From the NCBI RefSeq assembly GCF_004010195.1, contig NC_057751.1:9245611-9309610 (forward strand): 64,000 nt of DNA, given 5' to 3'. Shown here in pieces: positions 39,796 through 52,907 of the stretch. Position 1 is the stretch's first letter; each line of letters begins with the position of its first letter. The stretch is from Chiloscyllium plagiosum. Lineage: Eukaryota. The translations under genes were made by a program, and so were the position numbers. The notes beneath the pieces were generated by a model that saw only the letters and a list, made by a program, of their open reading frames with translations, searched no databases and was not told where the DNA came from.

Positions 39796-42464
39796 CATAG
39801 TTAACAGCAGAAAATTCATAGGAGAAAAGACTGAGAGTTGGTAAAATAGAAAAAGACCAGATCGGTTGAAATGAAGTGGATCGACAGTCAGTTGACAAGG
39901 TTTTTCCTGAATTGTCTTAAGCCCTGTGAGAGAGGTCACCTCAGGTATGGGAAAAGTATTCAAGTGTGTGATGGACTTTGGCAAATTACCAGATTGAAAG
40001 TAATTGAGGAAAGGAAGTTTCTGGCAAGAAAGAAGTAACAGTTTCTTGGAAGCAGTTTTATGTCTCACATACGCAATGATATATGGTTCCAGCTTCACAG
40101 CAGTCAGATTTCCAATTACTGCATTAAAAGTGATTTAATAACTCAGAATAGAGAGAATTAAGGAAAAACAGAAATATAATCCACTACAAGAGAGGAAATA
40201 TGAGTGCCTTTACAAACTAAACACACACGGGAAGCGAGTGGGCATTGCAGGATATATATAGGACACTCGGGAGTGCTGGATTCCAAGAGGATGATGTCAG
40301 CAAAACTCTGCACTTGCAGGTGTGTGTGTGTGTGTGGTACAGTAGGACTGCACTTGGATTTTCCACAAACGGTTTAAAATTCATAGTGGAGAGGGAGGTC
40401 GTGGCAAGTATCACTGAAAATTAGACTAAGCTGCAACGGAACTATTTTTTATGTTACTGTGACCCTGCCTGTGACAACAGAGACTGGAATCATGCTGCAA
40501 GTCAGCCACTCACCTAGCTGTCAAGATATAGCTAGTTTAATTTCATAAAATAGCTAGTAATGAAGTCTGTTGTAATAAACTCGGTTTAAATGAGATAATC
40601 CAAATCTACAGTGCATTTCACTTTATATGACTCAAATTGTGAAGTATTCTACAGACTGACTTTCCAAAAGGAACGTGATACAACAATTTAAAGGCACCTC
40701 TCCATACATTTTCATGGTAGGACTCACTGCATAGTGATGAAGACACTGACCCTTCTCAAGCCCACTTAGTCTCTGTGGATCAGTGCTATTTCGTCAATTA
40801 TTTTTTAAGTTAATTCTCACAATGTGGATGTAACTGGCTTCTCCAACATTTATTGTCCAAAATTCATCGTTCTGAAAATGGCCTGATGCAACAGGGGTGC
40901 TTCTAAGATCACTGCAGAGGGCAGTCATGACTTAATTTAGCAAAAATGAGTTCCAAACAGGTCAGTTGAAGAGGACATCAGGTTTCCTAACAGATGGATT
41001 TTTCTGGTAATCTGAAAAATTCCTGTTCACTTTGACCAACTGGGGATTTTCATCAGATTTTTTAAACTGTATGCAAATTTTCAGAAAGCCTAAGTGATAT
41101 TCAGAGCTCATGTTCTTCAGATTACAAGTTCATAACTATTACATAACATGCATCCAGGCGAACTAACCCCCATCCGAGATTAATTGACAAGTTGCTTTAC
41201 ATTTGTTATAAAGTTTCCATCACTGAAACTCTTACACCAACTCAACGGAAAGTTCTGAGGTATTCATGGAAGGTTGTGACAGTACTTCGTGGGGAATAGG
41301 ATGATTTGTAACACAGTACTTCTTTTGTTTTCTTTGCACATAATGACTAATGATCAGCTGTGCCTTGAACATGAATGAGATTTATTTCAATAGTTGCTTT
41401 TTGTGACCTCCCATGCAGACAGTCTGCAAAGATGCTGATTCTGTTAGCTGACCAAAGAACTTGCCTTCTCTAAAGGAGATGAGCATTGCAATTGCACATG
41501 CCTCCCTGGTAGTTCAATTGGATGCCCATTTTTCATGTCAGAGTCTTGTGTGGGGTGGGGAGGCTTTTGATCAGAGAGGTCTATTTTTGCCCTGACCCAC
41601 AATTAACAGCCAGAATAGGGGCTCAACTGGCAGTACTCATCAACATTTTCTTGGTGTTCCCCCAGTTTAATACATTAACCTTTATGTGACACCAGAATGA
41701 AAATTTGGGGGAGCATGACAGGTCGTCAGAGAACTTTTATTTGTTGAGCAGAGGGAATGCTTTAGTTATTGGGAGGGGCTTGAAGGAGAAGGATGGTTTG
41801 TTTCTTGAGGTAATTCTGTTTTAGTTCAGAGGGCAAATCATTATGCCAACACTACTCTCAGCTCAAAGAGGCGCAAACTTTTTGAAACATAGTTCACAGA
41901 TTTTTTTTCCCCAATAAAATCACCCAGAATAGTGAGAGTTTTATTGGCCCCAAACTGTGGCACGCTTTGTCTTTATCTACAAGACTGTACCCTATTTTAT
42001 TGCCCTCCATCTCTCAAAAAAGTCTTCAGCAAGCTCAGAGTTTAAATAAAAATTTCATGCTGAGAGGTGTGCTCCAACAGAGGAGTCTTCTTTGACTGAC
42101 ACTTGAGGTGAAGATTCAAAAACTGTAAATTCCGTCACTAAGTCTTTGTCAAATATTGCAGCAAACTTTTTCCAATACACAGACAGGTTTCACAGAAAGG
42201 TACAAGAAGCCACATCCACCAAGAAAAAAATGGCAAGAATTTGAAGAGGCCTTGAAGTAATCAGAAATCATTGGAGCTTCATAGCAGCAATTACTGCCTT
42301 GTAGCTCACAGACATAAAATCTCATCTTGTGACTCCCAATGGAACCCCTGAATTAATTCAGAGAAGCAGAAATCATATTATTTCCTAGGGTTAGAAACAT
42401 CAATGAATTACAGCTTTATTCAGTGGATCCAAGTGCAATGGTCAGCATGCTGCCCATTTTAAAA

Positions 42465-43920
42465 AATATCACTCGTGGGATGTAGGTATTTATTGCCTAT
42501 CCCTACTTGCTGTTGAGAAGGTGAGTGCCTTCTTGAACCATGCAGTCCGTGTATCGTTGGTCAACCCACAATGCCGTCAGGATGGAAATTTCTGGATTTT
42601 GACCCAGCAACACTGCAGGAACGCTGATATAATTCCAATAAGAATGGGAGTGTCTTACAGGGATGCCCTTACCCTTCAAGATGGAAGTGGCCACATGTTT
42701 GGGAGGTGCTGTCTTGATGACTATCTGCACTACATCTTATAGACAGTATACACTCCTGCTCCTGAGTGTTGGTGGTGGAGGGATGATGTGGTGCCAATCA
42801 AACAAGCTGCTGTGTCTTGGATGGTGTCAACCTTCTTGAGTGTTGTTGGAATTGCACCCATCCAGGCAAGAAGGGAGTATTACACCAAGAAGGAAGCAGG
42901 TGGTGGACAGGCTTGGGGAATCAAGAGATGAATTACTCATTGCAGGATTCTAAGCCTCTGACCTGCTTCCATATCCACTGTGATTGTACAGCAAGTTCAG
43001 TTGAGTTCCCGGTTAACACCTTGCTGTTAACCATGGAGGAGTCAGCAACAGTAATGCCATTGAACATCAAGGGATGATTGTTTCATTATCTATCTTTGGA
43101 GATGGTCATTGCCTGGCATTTGTGTGGCATGAATGTTAATTGTCACTTGTTATCCCAAGGCTAAATAGTGTCCATGTCTTGCTGCATTTGGACACGAATT
43201 ACTTCAGTGTCTGAGGAGTCATGATGGGTGCTGATCATTGACGAACATCCCCAATTCTGACCATATGATGGAGGGAAGTCATAGAGTTATCCCTTACAGA
43301 GCAGGTGAAGGCGGTAGGGACTATGACACTAAGTTGAGGAAATTCCACAGAGATGTCCAGAAGCTGTGATGACTGACCTCCAACAACCACAACCATCTTC
43401 CTATGTGCCAGGTATGATTCGACCCAACAGTGAGTTATCCCTAATTCCCATCTGAATCCAGTTTTGCTCAGTCTCCATGACGCCACATTCAAGGGAGGAT
43501 GGCATGTGGTAATCAGCAAGAGGCTTCTTTATCCATGTTGGATCTGGTGCCATCAGACTTCATGTGATCCAGACTAAATGTTCAGGACTTTCAGGGCAAC
43601 GCCCTCACCACTATGTACCATTGTGTCATCATCACCGCTGCTTAGCCTGTCTTGCCAGTGGGACAGGATATATCAAGGGATGGTGATGATGGCGTTTGGT
43701 ACATTGTCCTTAAGCTATGATTGCATGAGATTGACTATGAGACAGCACTTCCAATTTTGGCACCAGCCCCTAGATGTTCATAACAAGTATTGGTGAATAA
43801 TTATTAGCTCCTTCGGAGCACTTTGCAGGGTCAACATGGCTGTTTGTGCCACAGTCGTTTCTGGTTCCTCGGTTGTTGCCAGCTGGGTTGTTTCGTTTTA
43901 TTTCTCTTTTCAGACTTTGT
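42465..43920 (-). mobile_element. Decayed CR1-clade LINE, same family as 2845-5945
   Basis: WVESYLAHRKMVVVVGGQSSQL; matching 3' tail. Confidence 0.82.
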
Positions 43921-44434
43921 AATAACTCAAGAAGCCTGACTGAAAAGGAACATCTATTTTGATGTTAAACAATAAGTGAGTCACTACTCATGACACACAT
44001 AGGCCACTGCCAGCCTGGTTCTTCAGATCCACCCTAGGGTCTGCATTTTCATAAAGAGTGTAGGTGATGAGTTCCACTGAGCAAGCCGTTGCTTGTTACA
44101 AAGAGAACTTATACTCAATGCGTTGCACAAGGAGATGAACTAATGATTTCCCTATGGGGCCTGTCAGGGTTATTGCAGACTTTGGAGCAACTGATGCAAC
44201 TCAGCGAATTCAGCAATTCAGAAGGCAGTTAAGAGTGAATCACGTTGCTTTGGATCGGAAGTCACATGTAGCCAAGATCAGGTCAATCTCCTTCCCTAAA
44301 GGACATAAGAGAATGAAATTTAGAATTACCGATCATCTCAACTTGATGTGCTGGGATTAACTAATTTCAAGTAAATGATGAATGTTGGTATTCAGTTAGC
44401 ACTGATCAGAAAACCAAGGGATGTTGGGCAATTG

Positions 44435-44650
44435 CAAATAAGCCTGATCAAATCCTCATCCACATACACAGTCATCTGACAGCACAGGTCACTGTATAAT
44501 AATCCAGAAAAATGGGAATACTGGCTTTTATCTTTTCCCATTACCTAAATGCAATGATAACAGCTGATGCCCATTCCAGTCTTGGCAGAAAATTTCTGAG
44601 CTCACCTAGACATCTCACTCAACCTTGTACATTTTGGTCGTATAGTTCGT
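44435..44650 (-). mobile_element. Deu-domain SINE remnant
   Basis: Minus strand ccagtattccc...ctggattattatacagtgacctgtgctg...gtggatgaggatttgatcaggct. Confidence 0.55.
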
Positions 44651-47600
44651 CTTGAATTATCTTTATCTTTCGAAGGTCCAATCAGCAAAATTTACAATAA
44701 AAAGAAAAACGATTGTCCACTGCACAAAAGTGTGCAAAAAGGCTTCCAAACTTTCTCACAGATTTACGATTTTCCATTTGCACAAGCACTTGCTCGATTT
44801 GTTTATGATAGCTTTCATTAAATAGCATGGGTGCTGTACAATAAAAGCAAGAATACCAAAACACAGTCATGGTATGGCTAAGTTAACCACAAAAGTAATG
44901 TACTGGACATACAGCAATCCATGGTGAACAATTACATCAATATTTGTTGTCATATATAGGAAGCTACTGAAAGGACAAAGAACAACTGGGAATCAAAAAG
45001 ACAGAGAGTGAGAAAGCAGTCTATGAGAGTCAGAGATAGCCAGAAACGTCCAATGGATGACAATCGAACAAGGTCCCTGCGCTTCATTGCTATCTCGAAA
45101 CTCCTGCTAGATTTTGACAGATTTAAAGATAAGATCAAATTCGTCCACGGTACTGTCCTTGGTAAACAAATCCTGCAGTAAGTGTCAAGGCTTAATCATG
45201 GCTGAGATATTCCAAGGTCAGGCAAAAGAAGGGCTGAAACCTTGAAGAAAAAAGACAGTGAGAAATTGATATAACAGAGCAAATGAGGACTGCATTAAGG
45301 GTACATATCAAACAATAATGCTGTTATAATCTTGGAATCACATTATAGAGTCCACTGTACCAAAAGAATCAGCACTTACTGGAATCAACTTTCATACACT
45401 GTAATTTTGTCGAACAGAACCAGAAGTTAAGGAAGTTATCACATTAAGATTAAAATATCAATCCCCTAATGATTTGACTGCAAATAAAATGCATTTTATT
45501 GGTCCGCACTGAGTGAAAATTACATTAGGAAGTGACAGAATGTGACTTCCCATTGAAACCTTTTCCAAAGCTCATCCTTTTCCTCACTTGAATTGGAACT
45601 ACGAAACAAACTATTGGCCCAATTCATTTGGTCAAGCAAACTGTTTCTTCAGAAAAATTGTGAATAGTAACAAATGCAACTGATTTCAAAAGCATTCACA
45701 GACTACTGCATATTTTTAAAATTATATTATGGTGATCTATTCTTAGATTTGTGCAGGTAGCGTTTTCTTCAGAATAACAAAATAAAACCTTATTTTAAAT
45801 TCCAGAATTTGCAAAAACATTTCTGAAAACATTTATTAAGACAGATTTCAGTGTACAAAAAAAGTAAGTCATTTAGATCCCAACTACAAAGCACATTGCT
45901 TATTTTCCCTCCTGAAAAGTTTCTCCCAAACTGTTAGTGTTTATGTTGGCTGTGAACTATCTTTCAGCTGAAGAGGTTTAGTTGTCAAACTACTCTGCTG
46001 CAGCAGAGTTGAACTCCTGCCAAGCAGATAGGAACAAGTATCCAATTCGAAAAGAGATCTTTTTTCTGTTGTTTTCTTTGGCTCACATGTCGAAGAGAAC
46101 AGTTTCCACCTCATCTTGACTGGTCAAAGGTTTTGAAATACTGAACATTTCAAGCTATTCATGATGTTGTTGCCTGCTTCTGCTGCACAAACAAAATGGC
46201 TGACTGCTTCCAAATCTGGATGGGGGTCAGGAAGATGAAGGTTAAAGGTCACTGGAAGAAACCCAAGAAAAATTGAAATTTTGGATTCAGAGCGGGAACA
46301 GTTCCACCTCTTCATTCCCAAACCGCATTCCATTTTTTCAGTTCACTGCAACTCAGTAATCAATAATTGTCTTGGTGTACAGAGTGTGAAATCCAAGCCA
46401 AACGCGAAGGGACCTAAATAATGCTGGAACTCATGAATTTCGAGACATTGCTGTGGTTAATTTCTTTTCCAATCCAGGTTTTATTCTGTACTGAACCAAT
46501 TCAATTGATTGTAAAATTAAAAAATATAATTGTGTTGGTTAAGACATAGCAATACGAAAATTTCACTTCAAGGAGCAAGATAGCTTTGTTCTGCTTGTTA
46601 ACAGTTCAAAACTAGCACTTGGAAATTAAATCAGAAGGTCGCCTTTGTTTCTGAGAAAGGTAACTGAAGGGGAAAGGACCACATTGCAGAAGAACTCCAA
46701 CGGTTGATTGTGTAGATGGGATTAATCAAGCAGCACCAACTAGGTGAGGCCATGTTTGGTTTTTAAAGCAGAAGGATTGTCGGAAAATGATAAAGAACAG
46801 AAGAAATAGGAGTTGGAGTACAGCATACAGCACTTTGTCTTTGCCCCAATATGCAACCTAGATCATGGTTGAACGTCTGAACTTCCCACCACATCCCCAT
46901 GTCTCTTGACTTAATTTGTGCCCAAAAGTCTATCAAAACCTGACTTGAACTATTATTATCAATTGAATGTCCATAGTCTTCTCTCAGAAAAGAAAGACTG
47001 ATGTCGCTGAGGTGTTCAGGTAATGCAGTAAAACAAATGTTAAAGCTGTGCAGCACGTCTCAATTTTAACACAGTGAAAAATCAATGAAGAAGAAAGAGC
47101 ATTGAAGACAATAAGTGGATGCTGATGAGCAGTCAGAGGTAAATTGAGATAGAAGGAATCAGAAGAAAATATGAACTTGCATATTTTATTTTTCTGAGTT
47201 CCAAATCCAAACTTAAAAGACATCCTGCTTCTTTGCCAGCTAGTCCCATTCTTATATATTCTGCTGTGCCTCTTTGAGCTTGTGCAGTTTGGCCTGATTT
47301 CCCTGGTGATATACAATCACTGCGAAACCAGATGGGCTTCCAGCCTCATTGACAGCAGCATCTAACTGCAAATTGCTCTCGTGAAGCAGTGAATTGAGTG
47401 CACGCAGGCCTATGAGTAATTTTATTATCAGTTCAAGGATTATAAAATGGAGACGTGTTTTCCTGTTCAGAATTAAGAATTTAATTCACCAGTTTAGAAA
47501 ATAACACCAACGAGGAACTAAACTAATTGAACTCAGCTGGCACAAGGTATGGATCCCTAGTGGTCACCTACAACAAAATACAGACTAATAAACATGCAGT

Positions 47601-47752
47601 GTGGCTATGTAATTGGCAAAATTAATTTCAATATAGATAAGAATAGGATTTACATTTGAGGAAGAGCAATAATGAGGCCACAAAGACTCAGTCCTTGCAA
47701 TCCAAAAGGGTTATAGCCTGCAGAGACTTTCCACAATGCCTCTCCTTTGTAC

Positions 47753-47919
47753 TAGGAGAAAGTGGGGACTGCAGATGCTGGAGGTCAGAGTCGAGAGTGT
47801 GGTGCTGGAAAAGCACAGCAGATCAGGCAGCATCCGAGGAGCAGGAGAATCAACATTTCAGGCATAAGCCCTGATGAAGCAGCCTGACCTGCTGTGCTTT
47901 TTCAGCACCACATTCTCGA
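47753..47919. mobile_element. Palindromic Penelope-derived element inserted in the putative EVE
   Basis: 13-bp TSD ctctcctttgtac at 47740-47752 and 47920-47932. Confidence 0.85.
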
Positions 47920-48153
47920 CTCTCCTTTGTACCGCAATCGGTTTATTGAAGACAATCTTTCTTATACCACATGAACTATGGTCATTAAATGTAAAGCAAG
48001 TGAAGTTGTCCGATTGCTCGGAGACAATGTCAACAAAGAGCACCTCTAGGCAAGATCATAATCATGAGATGCAAGATCAGAAATAAGCCATTCAGCCATT
48101 TGATTCTGGGTTGCCATTCAATGAAATCACAGCTGATCCTCAACCACATTAGT

Positions 48154-48453
48154 GGGCGGCACAGTGGCACAGTGGTTAGCACTGCTGCCTCACAGCGCCA
48201 GAGACCCGGGTTCAATTCCCGCCTCAGGCGACTGACTGTGTGGAGTTTGCACGTTCTCCCCGTGTCTGCGTGGGTTTCCTCCGGGTGCTCCGGTTTCCTC
48301 CCACAGTCCAAAGATGTGCAGGTCAGGTGAATTGGCCAGGCTAAATTGCCCGTAGTGTTAGGTTAGGGGTATGGGTGGGTTTCGCTTTGACGGGTCGGTG
48401 TGGACTTGTTGGGCCGAAGGGCCTGTTTCCACACTGTAAGTAATCAAATCTAA
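48154..48453 (+). mobile_element. HE1 V-SINE, full length and young
   Basis: tRNA-like A box (tggcacagtgg) and B box (ggttcaattccc), V-domain gtggagtttgcacgttctccccgtgtctgcgtgggtttcctccgg, CR1-like tail; CpGs retained. Confidence 0.93.
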
Positions 48454-49334
48454 TTATCTTGTCTTTTCATTATAATCTCTGATTCCCTTTTTGATTAAAA
48501 ATCTGCCCATTTCAGTCTTGAATATACTTCGATTCCAGGCTCTGTGGTCAAGTATTCCTTAGATTCACTGCCCACTGGAAGAATCTTTTCACTCATTGAC
48601 CCTACTTACAATGTTTGTCCAACTCTGTCCTTCCTATTCCACTCTGGGTAATGTCATCCAAATAGCTGCTCTCTCATGCTGCCATATCCTTTTGCTTTAT
48701 AAGCCTACAGTCCCCTCTCCCAAATCCTCCCTAAAAACTGAACCCATGTACAATAATCAGCCACAATTCATCAATCATATCCAAAGCTAATTTTGGTGTT
48801 TTACTTCTTTCAAGCTGCTGCATATTCTTTTTCAATCTCATTCATACAAGAGCTGCAATTGCAATTCATACAATGTGTAGAGAAACACCACACACAAAAG
48901 ACTACATCCACTTCTCAATAAAATGTGAAACACATTCAATCAAAGATTTAGATATTGGTAAAGAAAAACTTCAATGCTCACATGTTACATGTAATTAACC
49001 AGACAAAATATTTTGTCATTATAGTGTCTGCTTCAAACATAGGAAAAGGCTTTTAAAGTTCTAGTTCTAGGTTAACCAATTGTGCGTTTGGACAAACAAA
49101 CAGGTATTTCCTCTTAAGTCAAGCCCAGACTGACATGACAAACTCTTTCGATGTCTATAAACTTCTTACGTATGTAGTGGTGAATGCTCTTCTGATGTTG
49201 GGACTGGAAGAGAGCACAAAAAAAACTTTCACTGCACTAAATGGTCTTGTATCTCTTCAAGAAGTACTTAGTGCTGAATGGGTATCTCAAAAGCAATGTT
49301 TTGTATCTCATGAAAGCAAAGGCCCTTGTAGCGT

Positions 49335-49880
49335 CATACAGCGTCATCAATCCAAACCAAACATCATCCAAAATAAAATAGTCCCACCTGCCTGCTTCTG
49401 GCCAATATCCCTCCAAAACTTTCCTGGTCATGTACTTATCCAAATAACTCTTAAATGTTGTAATTGTCCCCACATGCACCACTTCCTCAGGAAGTTAATT
49501 CCCATGTGAATCAACCTCAACAAAATTGCCCCTCATGTCTTTTTAACATCTCTCTCCTCTCACCTTAAAAATATGTCCCCCCCTCTTAAAATAGCCATCC
49601 TATGGAAAAGACACCTACCATTAATCTCTCATGATTTTATTAACTTCTCTAAGGTCACCTCTCAACCTCCTACATTCCAGTGAAAGAAGTCCCAGCCTAT
49701 TCAGTCTTTGTTTATAACTCAAACCTTTCATCCCTGGCAACATCCTGGTAAATATCTTCTGAACTCTCTCCAGTTTAATAATATCCTTCCTATAACAGGA
49801 CAACCAGAACTAGACAGAGTACTTCAGACGAGGCCTCACCAATGTGCTGTACGACCTCAATATGACTTCTCAAATCCTTA
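49335..49880 (-). mobile_element. CR1 3' fragment
   Basis: KDIIKLERVQK.FTRMLPG...LRGDL translation. Confidence 0.88.
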
Positions 49881-51064
49881 CTCACCACAAAACCGCTTCT
49901 TCAGCACAGTGGGAAATGTGATTGTTGTATCAGTTTAGATAAGCCAGGCCCAAAAGAATCTTGGTTTCCCAAGCAGAGCTTCAAGAGAAAATGAATCTTG
50001 CAGTGTTCTCAACCTCTTCAGTAAAAATTGAGGCTGACAACATTTTTTTCTGTCATTTACCTGCTTTCCTCCTACCTAAAAATCCACTATAAATGAGGCA
50101 AAACAATTGATCCATGTCTGGACTTCCAATGTTGCTACCCCTAAGAAGAACAAGTTCTTCACTTTGAGAAGACTTGCTTCCCTGCCATTAATTCCCTTCT
50201 TCTGTCAAGTTAATTTGGATTCTGCTGACTGCTTCCCTACAGCAAAACAACTGAGATCAGCAAATGTTATTTTGCGACCACAAACAACAGGAAAATACAT
50301 CATTTGATGGGATTACAATTCCCAACATAGGCTGGATTAAAAAATGTTCTGCTGTTATGTGCATTTGTCAACCTTTTTAATCAAACTTCAAACAAAATAC
50401 TTTCTGCAGATGTTTGAAAAATTGCAAGTCTTTATTTGGAAAGCTGGAAAAGCTATTCAGTGCTTAATGGACTATAAGCACCATTGACTGTGTCAACTCA
50501 TGATCTTGTGTATTTCCAAACATCTTCTTACCTGAATAACATATAATCAGTGTCCCCTGATGGAAGGTTTTATTAAGGAAGAATTGCTGAGAGAAGAAGA
50601 CAATATTAGAGTAATATTTCAACTCAGAATATGAAGAAGATTCAGTCGCCACAGTCCAAAAAAAGTTAGGGAATCATAAAGTAATTACATATCACCAAGA
50701 TTGATTTTTAAGCTTGTACTTTCCCTCATTTGCATGCATAAGTAAAAGACAGGGAGCTGGAGGGATACATAATTTTGAAGTCCAAGAATGTCAGGGGACA
50801 GAACAGAACAGCATCATAAGGTTTGATTTGCAATCCTAAAAATGGCACAGATGGTTGCATGAAATTGTTCAAAATCATTCAATTTCAGATTGACTAGCTG
50901 TCAGAAAACCTCTGATTTCAGGAAGGGTTGAGTTTGAAATCTCAGTCTGAAAGGGAACAGACCACTGAACCAATATGTGCATTGTTTAAAACCAATTCAT
51001 TAAACATATTTTTTTAAAAATTGCTGATAACTAAGCTGACATTCACTTTCTCTTCTTTAAATAT

Positions 51065-51305
51065 TCTCTCTCGATTGCACCATTGGTATGCACATTGCCC
51101 AGTAAGCTGCAGGGACCAAAAGCCTGATTTAACTCTGTCTAAGTGAGTGAGTTTGATCTCATCCTCGGTCTGTGCCTGAGTTACCTAACTTCAATCTGAA
51201 TTAATTGTGAGACCACAGTAATTGATCTTAGCATTCCTATCAGAGGGAAAGTACAAGCAGCTGGAGTTTCCACTCCTAATGGTTATCCAGGGATCATGCT
51301 CAAAG
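51065..51305 (+). mobile_element. Deu-domain SINE inside the putative L polymerase core
   Basis: ggtctgtgcctgagttacctaact...gtttccactcctaatggttatccagggatcatgct resembles the Deu head and core. Confidence 0.6.
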
Positions 51306-51479
51306 TTTATAAGGATAATTAAATAGCTTTCTGCCAAAATCTTGTGACTATAACGCCAGGTCACCTTCTTCTTCATACTCTCAAAACTTTTTCTATCAGT
51401 ACACTTGTCTAAATAATTCAACTTTCTGGCATGATAACTGTTCCTGCCTTCCCAATCCAATTCTCTGGATAAGAGCATT

Positions 51480-51595
51480 TCAGTTGAGCTGTTGGGAGCA
51501 CTCTTCACACTCTGTCAGAAGGTTATGGTTTAAACTCTGACTTCTTGCATGACTGAGGGAATCTGGCATTATTGGAGACGCTGTCCTTTGTCATT
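51480..51595 (+). repeat. Old tRNA-derived SINE remnant
   Basis: agcactct...tctgtcagaaggttatggtttaaa...gactgagggaatctggcattattggagacgctgtccttt. Confidence 0.5.
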
Positions 51596-52907
51596 AGTTT
51601 CTTAGTCAGCTGGATTCTAAAAATGGTTTTGAGATGTCAATATGATTGGTGCTAAGGGGAGCAAATTGGCCAAAATACCAACTTGAAGTGAATAAATCTA
51701 TTCACAAATATTAGGTAACTTTTTTTTCAAAAATGTAACTCATCTAGCATCATCTTCAATTTGTGGAAATTACAAGTGGTTTTGTGGTCCCTCATTTTTG
51801 GAATGAGCAGTTGTAGATAGCCAGTGCCATTTTGTGCGCAGCAAAGTTCCTTGTCTGTCACAGAAACTGTTGTTGAGATTTCCAAGACTGATGAAACCTT
51901 ACAACCAAATTTGGAGGTTGGAGGAGGAGTGCATAGTCCTTCCAAATACTCTTGCTGTATTGGTGCTGCTTTCTCAAAGTATCACATTAAAAAAAAGGGA
52001 TGATTTCAGAACTTAATTAAATGATTGTGATTGATTACTGAAGAATTAGATGTGTTTAATCTTGGAATATTCATCATGGATGTGTTTTGTGTGAGGTTCC
52101 TGTTCAAATTAAATATTGCATGCTCAGCTGCTTTTGACACCAATGAAAGATTGTTACTCACATTACTGTTCTTACTAGGGACGTATGATGACAAGATTTT
52201 CTCAAAACACTAAACAGTATCAAAGATATAAGATATATCCTCTTGGGAACAGGATTAAGAACATATTTTTTGAAAATCTAAGCCAGACACATGGGACGAA
52301 GGTATCCTGTTCTTGACAGCTGCCAAATAGAAGCTGACCAGAGTTTAATGTTCCTGTCTGAAGAACTGAGGGGTTCCTCTGAACAACTGAAAGAGCAACA
52401 GTGACAACCAGTGCACACTTTCAGAAAGGGTTTAGAAAATAGCTCTCTCAGAAAGACTGTACATACACAATAGCGAGGTCAGTTGCTTCATGTCTTTTTG
52501 ATGATGAGCAGGAATTACTTGAATTGAGTTGCAGGCCCACCATAATGCTTATTCTCTGTACTGACACGCCATCTCCCTTCTGCAACTCAGGTGTAATGAG
52601 GCTATAAATCAGCCATGATCTCACTAAATGGCAGATATGGCTTGAAAGTACCAAGTATACTTTTTCAGTTGCCAAGTTCAGGAATTCTAGCTGCCCAAGT
52701 GACCAGGAGAGAACCAAGCTGTGGAATACAAATTGAGCATGTAACCAAAAATAGGTAACACACCCACATCCTGTTCTTTGACAAACATACATCTTTTCCA
52801 ACATAAATGTATATCAGGAAGAATTGGGAACACTGGCTAACATTGCCTTCCACACTCACAGAGAAGTTGAGAGCACCAAATGTCCAAAGCGAAATCATCC
52901 ACAAGAC

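Noticed and set aside
48154..48230. tRNA-like A/B boxes
   Set aside because: Head of an HE1 SINE, not a tRNA gene.
50385..50420. KILSADV*K as polymerase motif A
   Set aside because: Too close to motif F; the STIDC...*S block at ~50480 fits the expected spacing better.
51727..52804. Minus-strand ORFs (51727-51945, 52006-52194, 52448-52804) as host exons
   Set aside because: Better explained as antisense shadows of the + strand L-like remnant.
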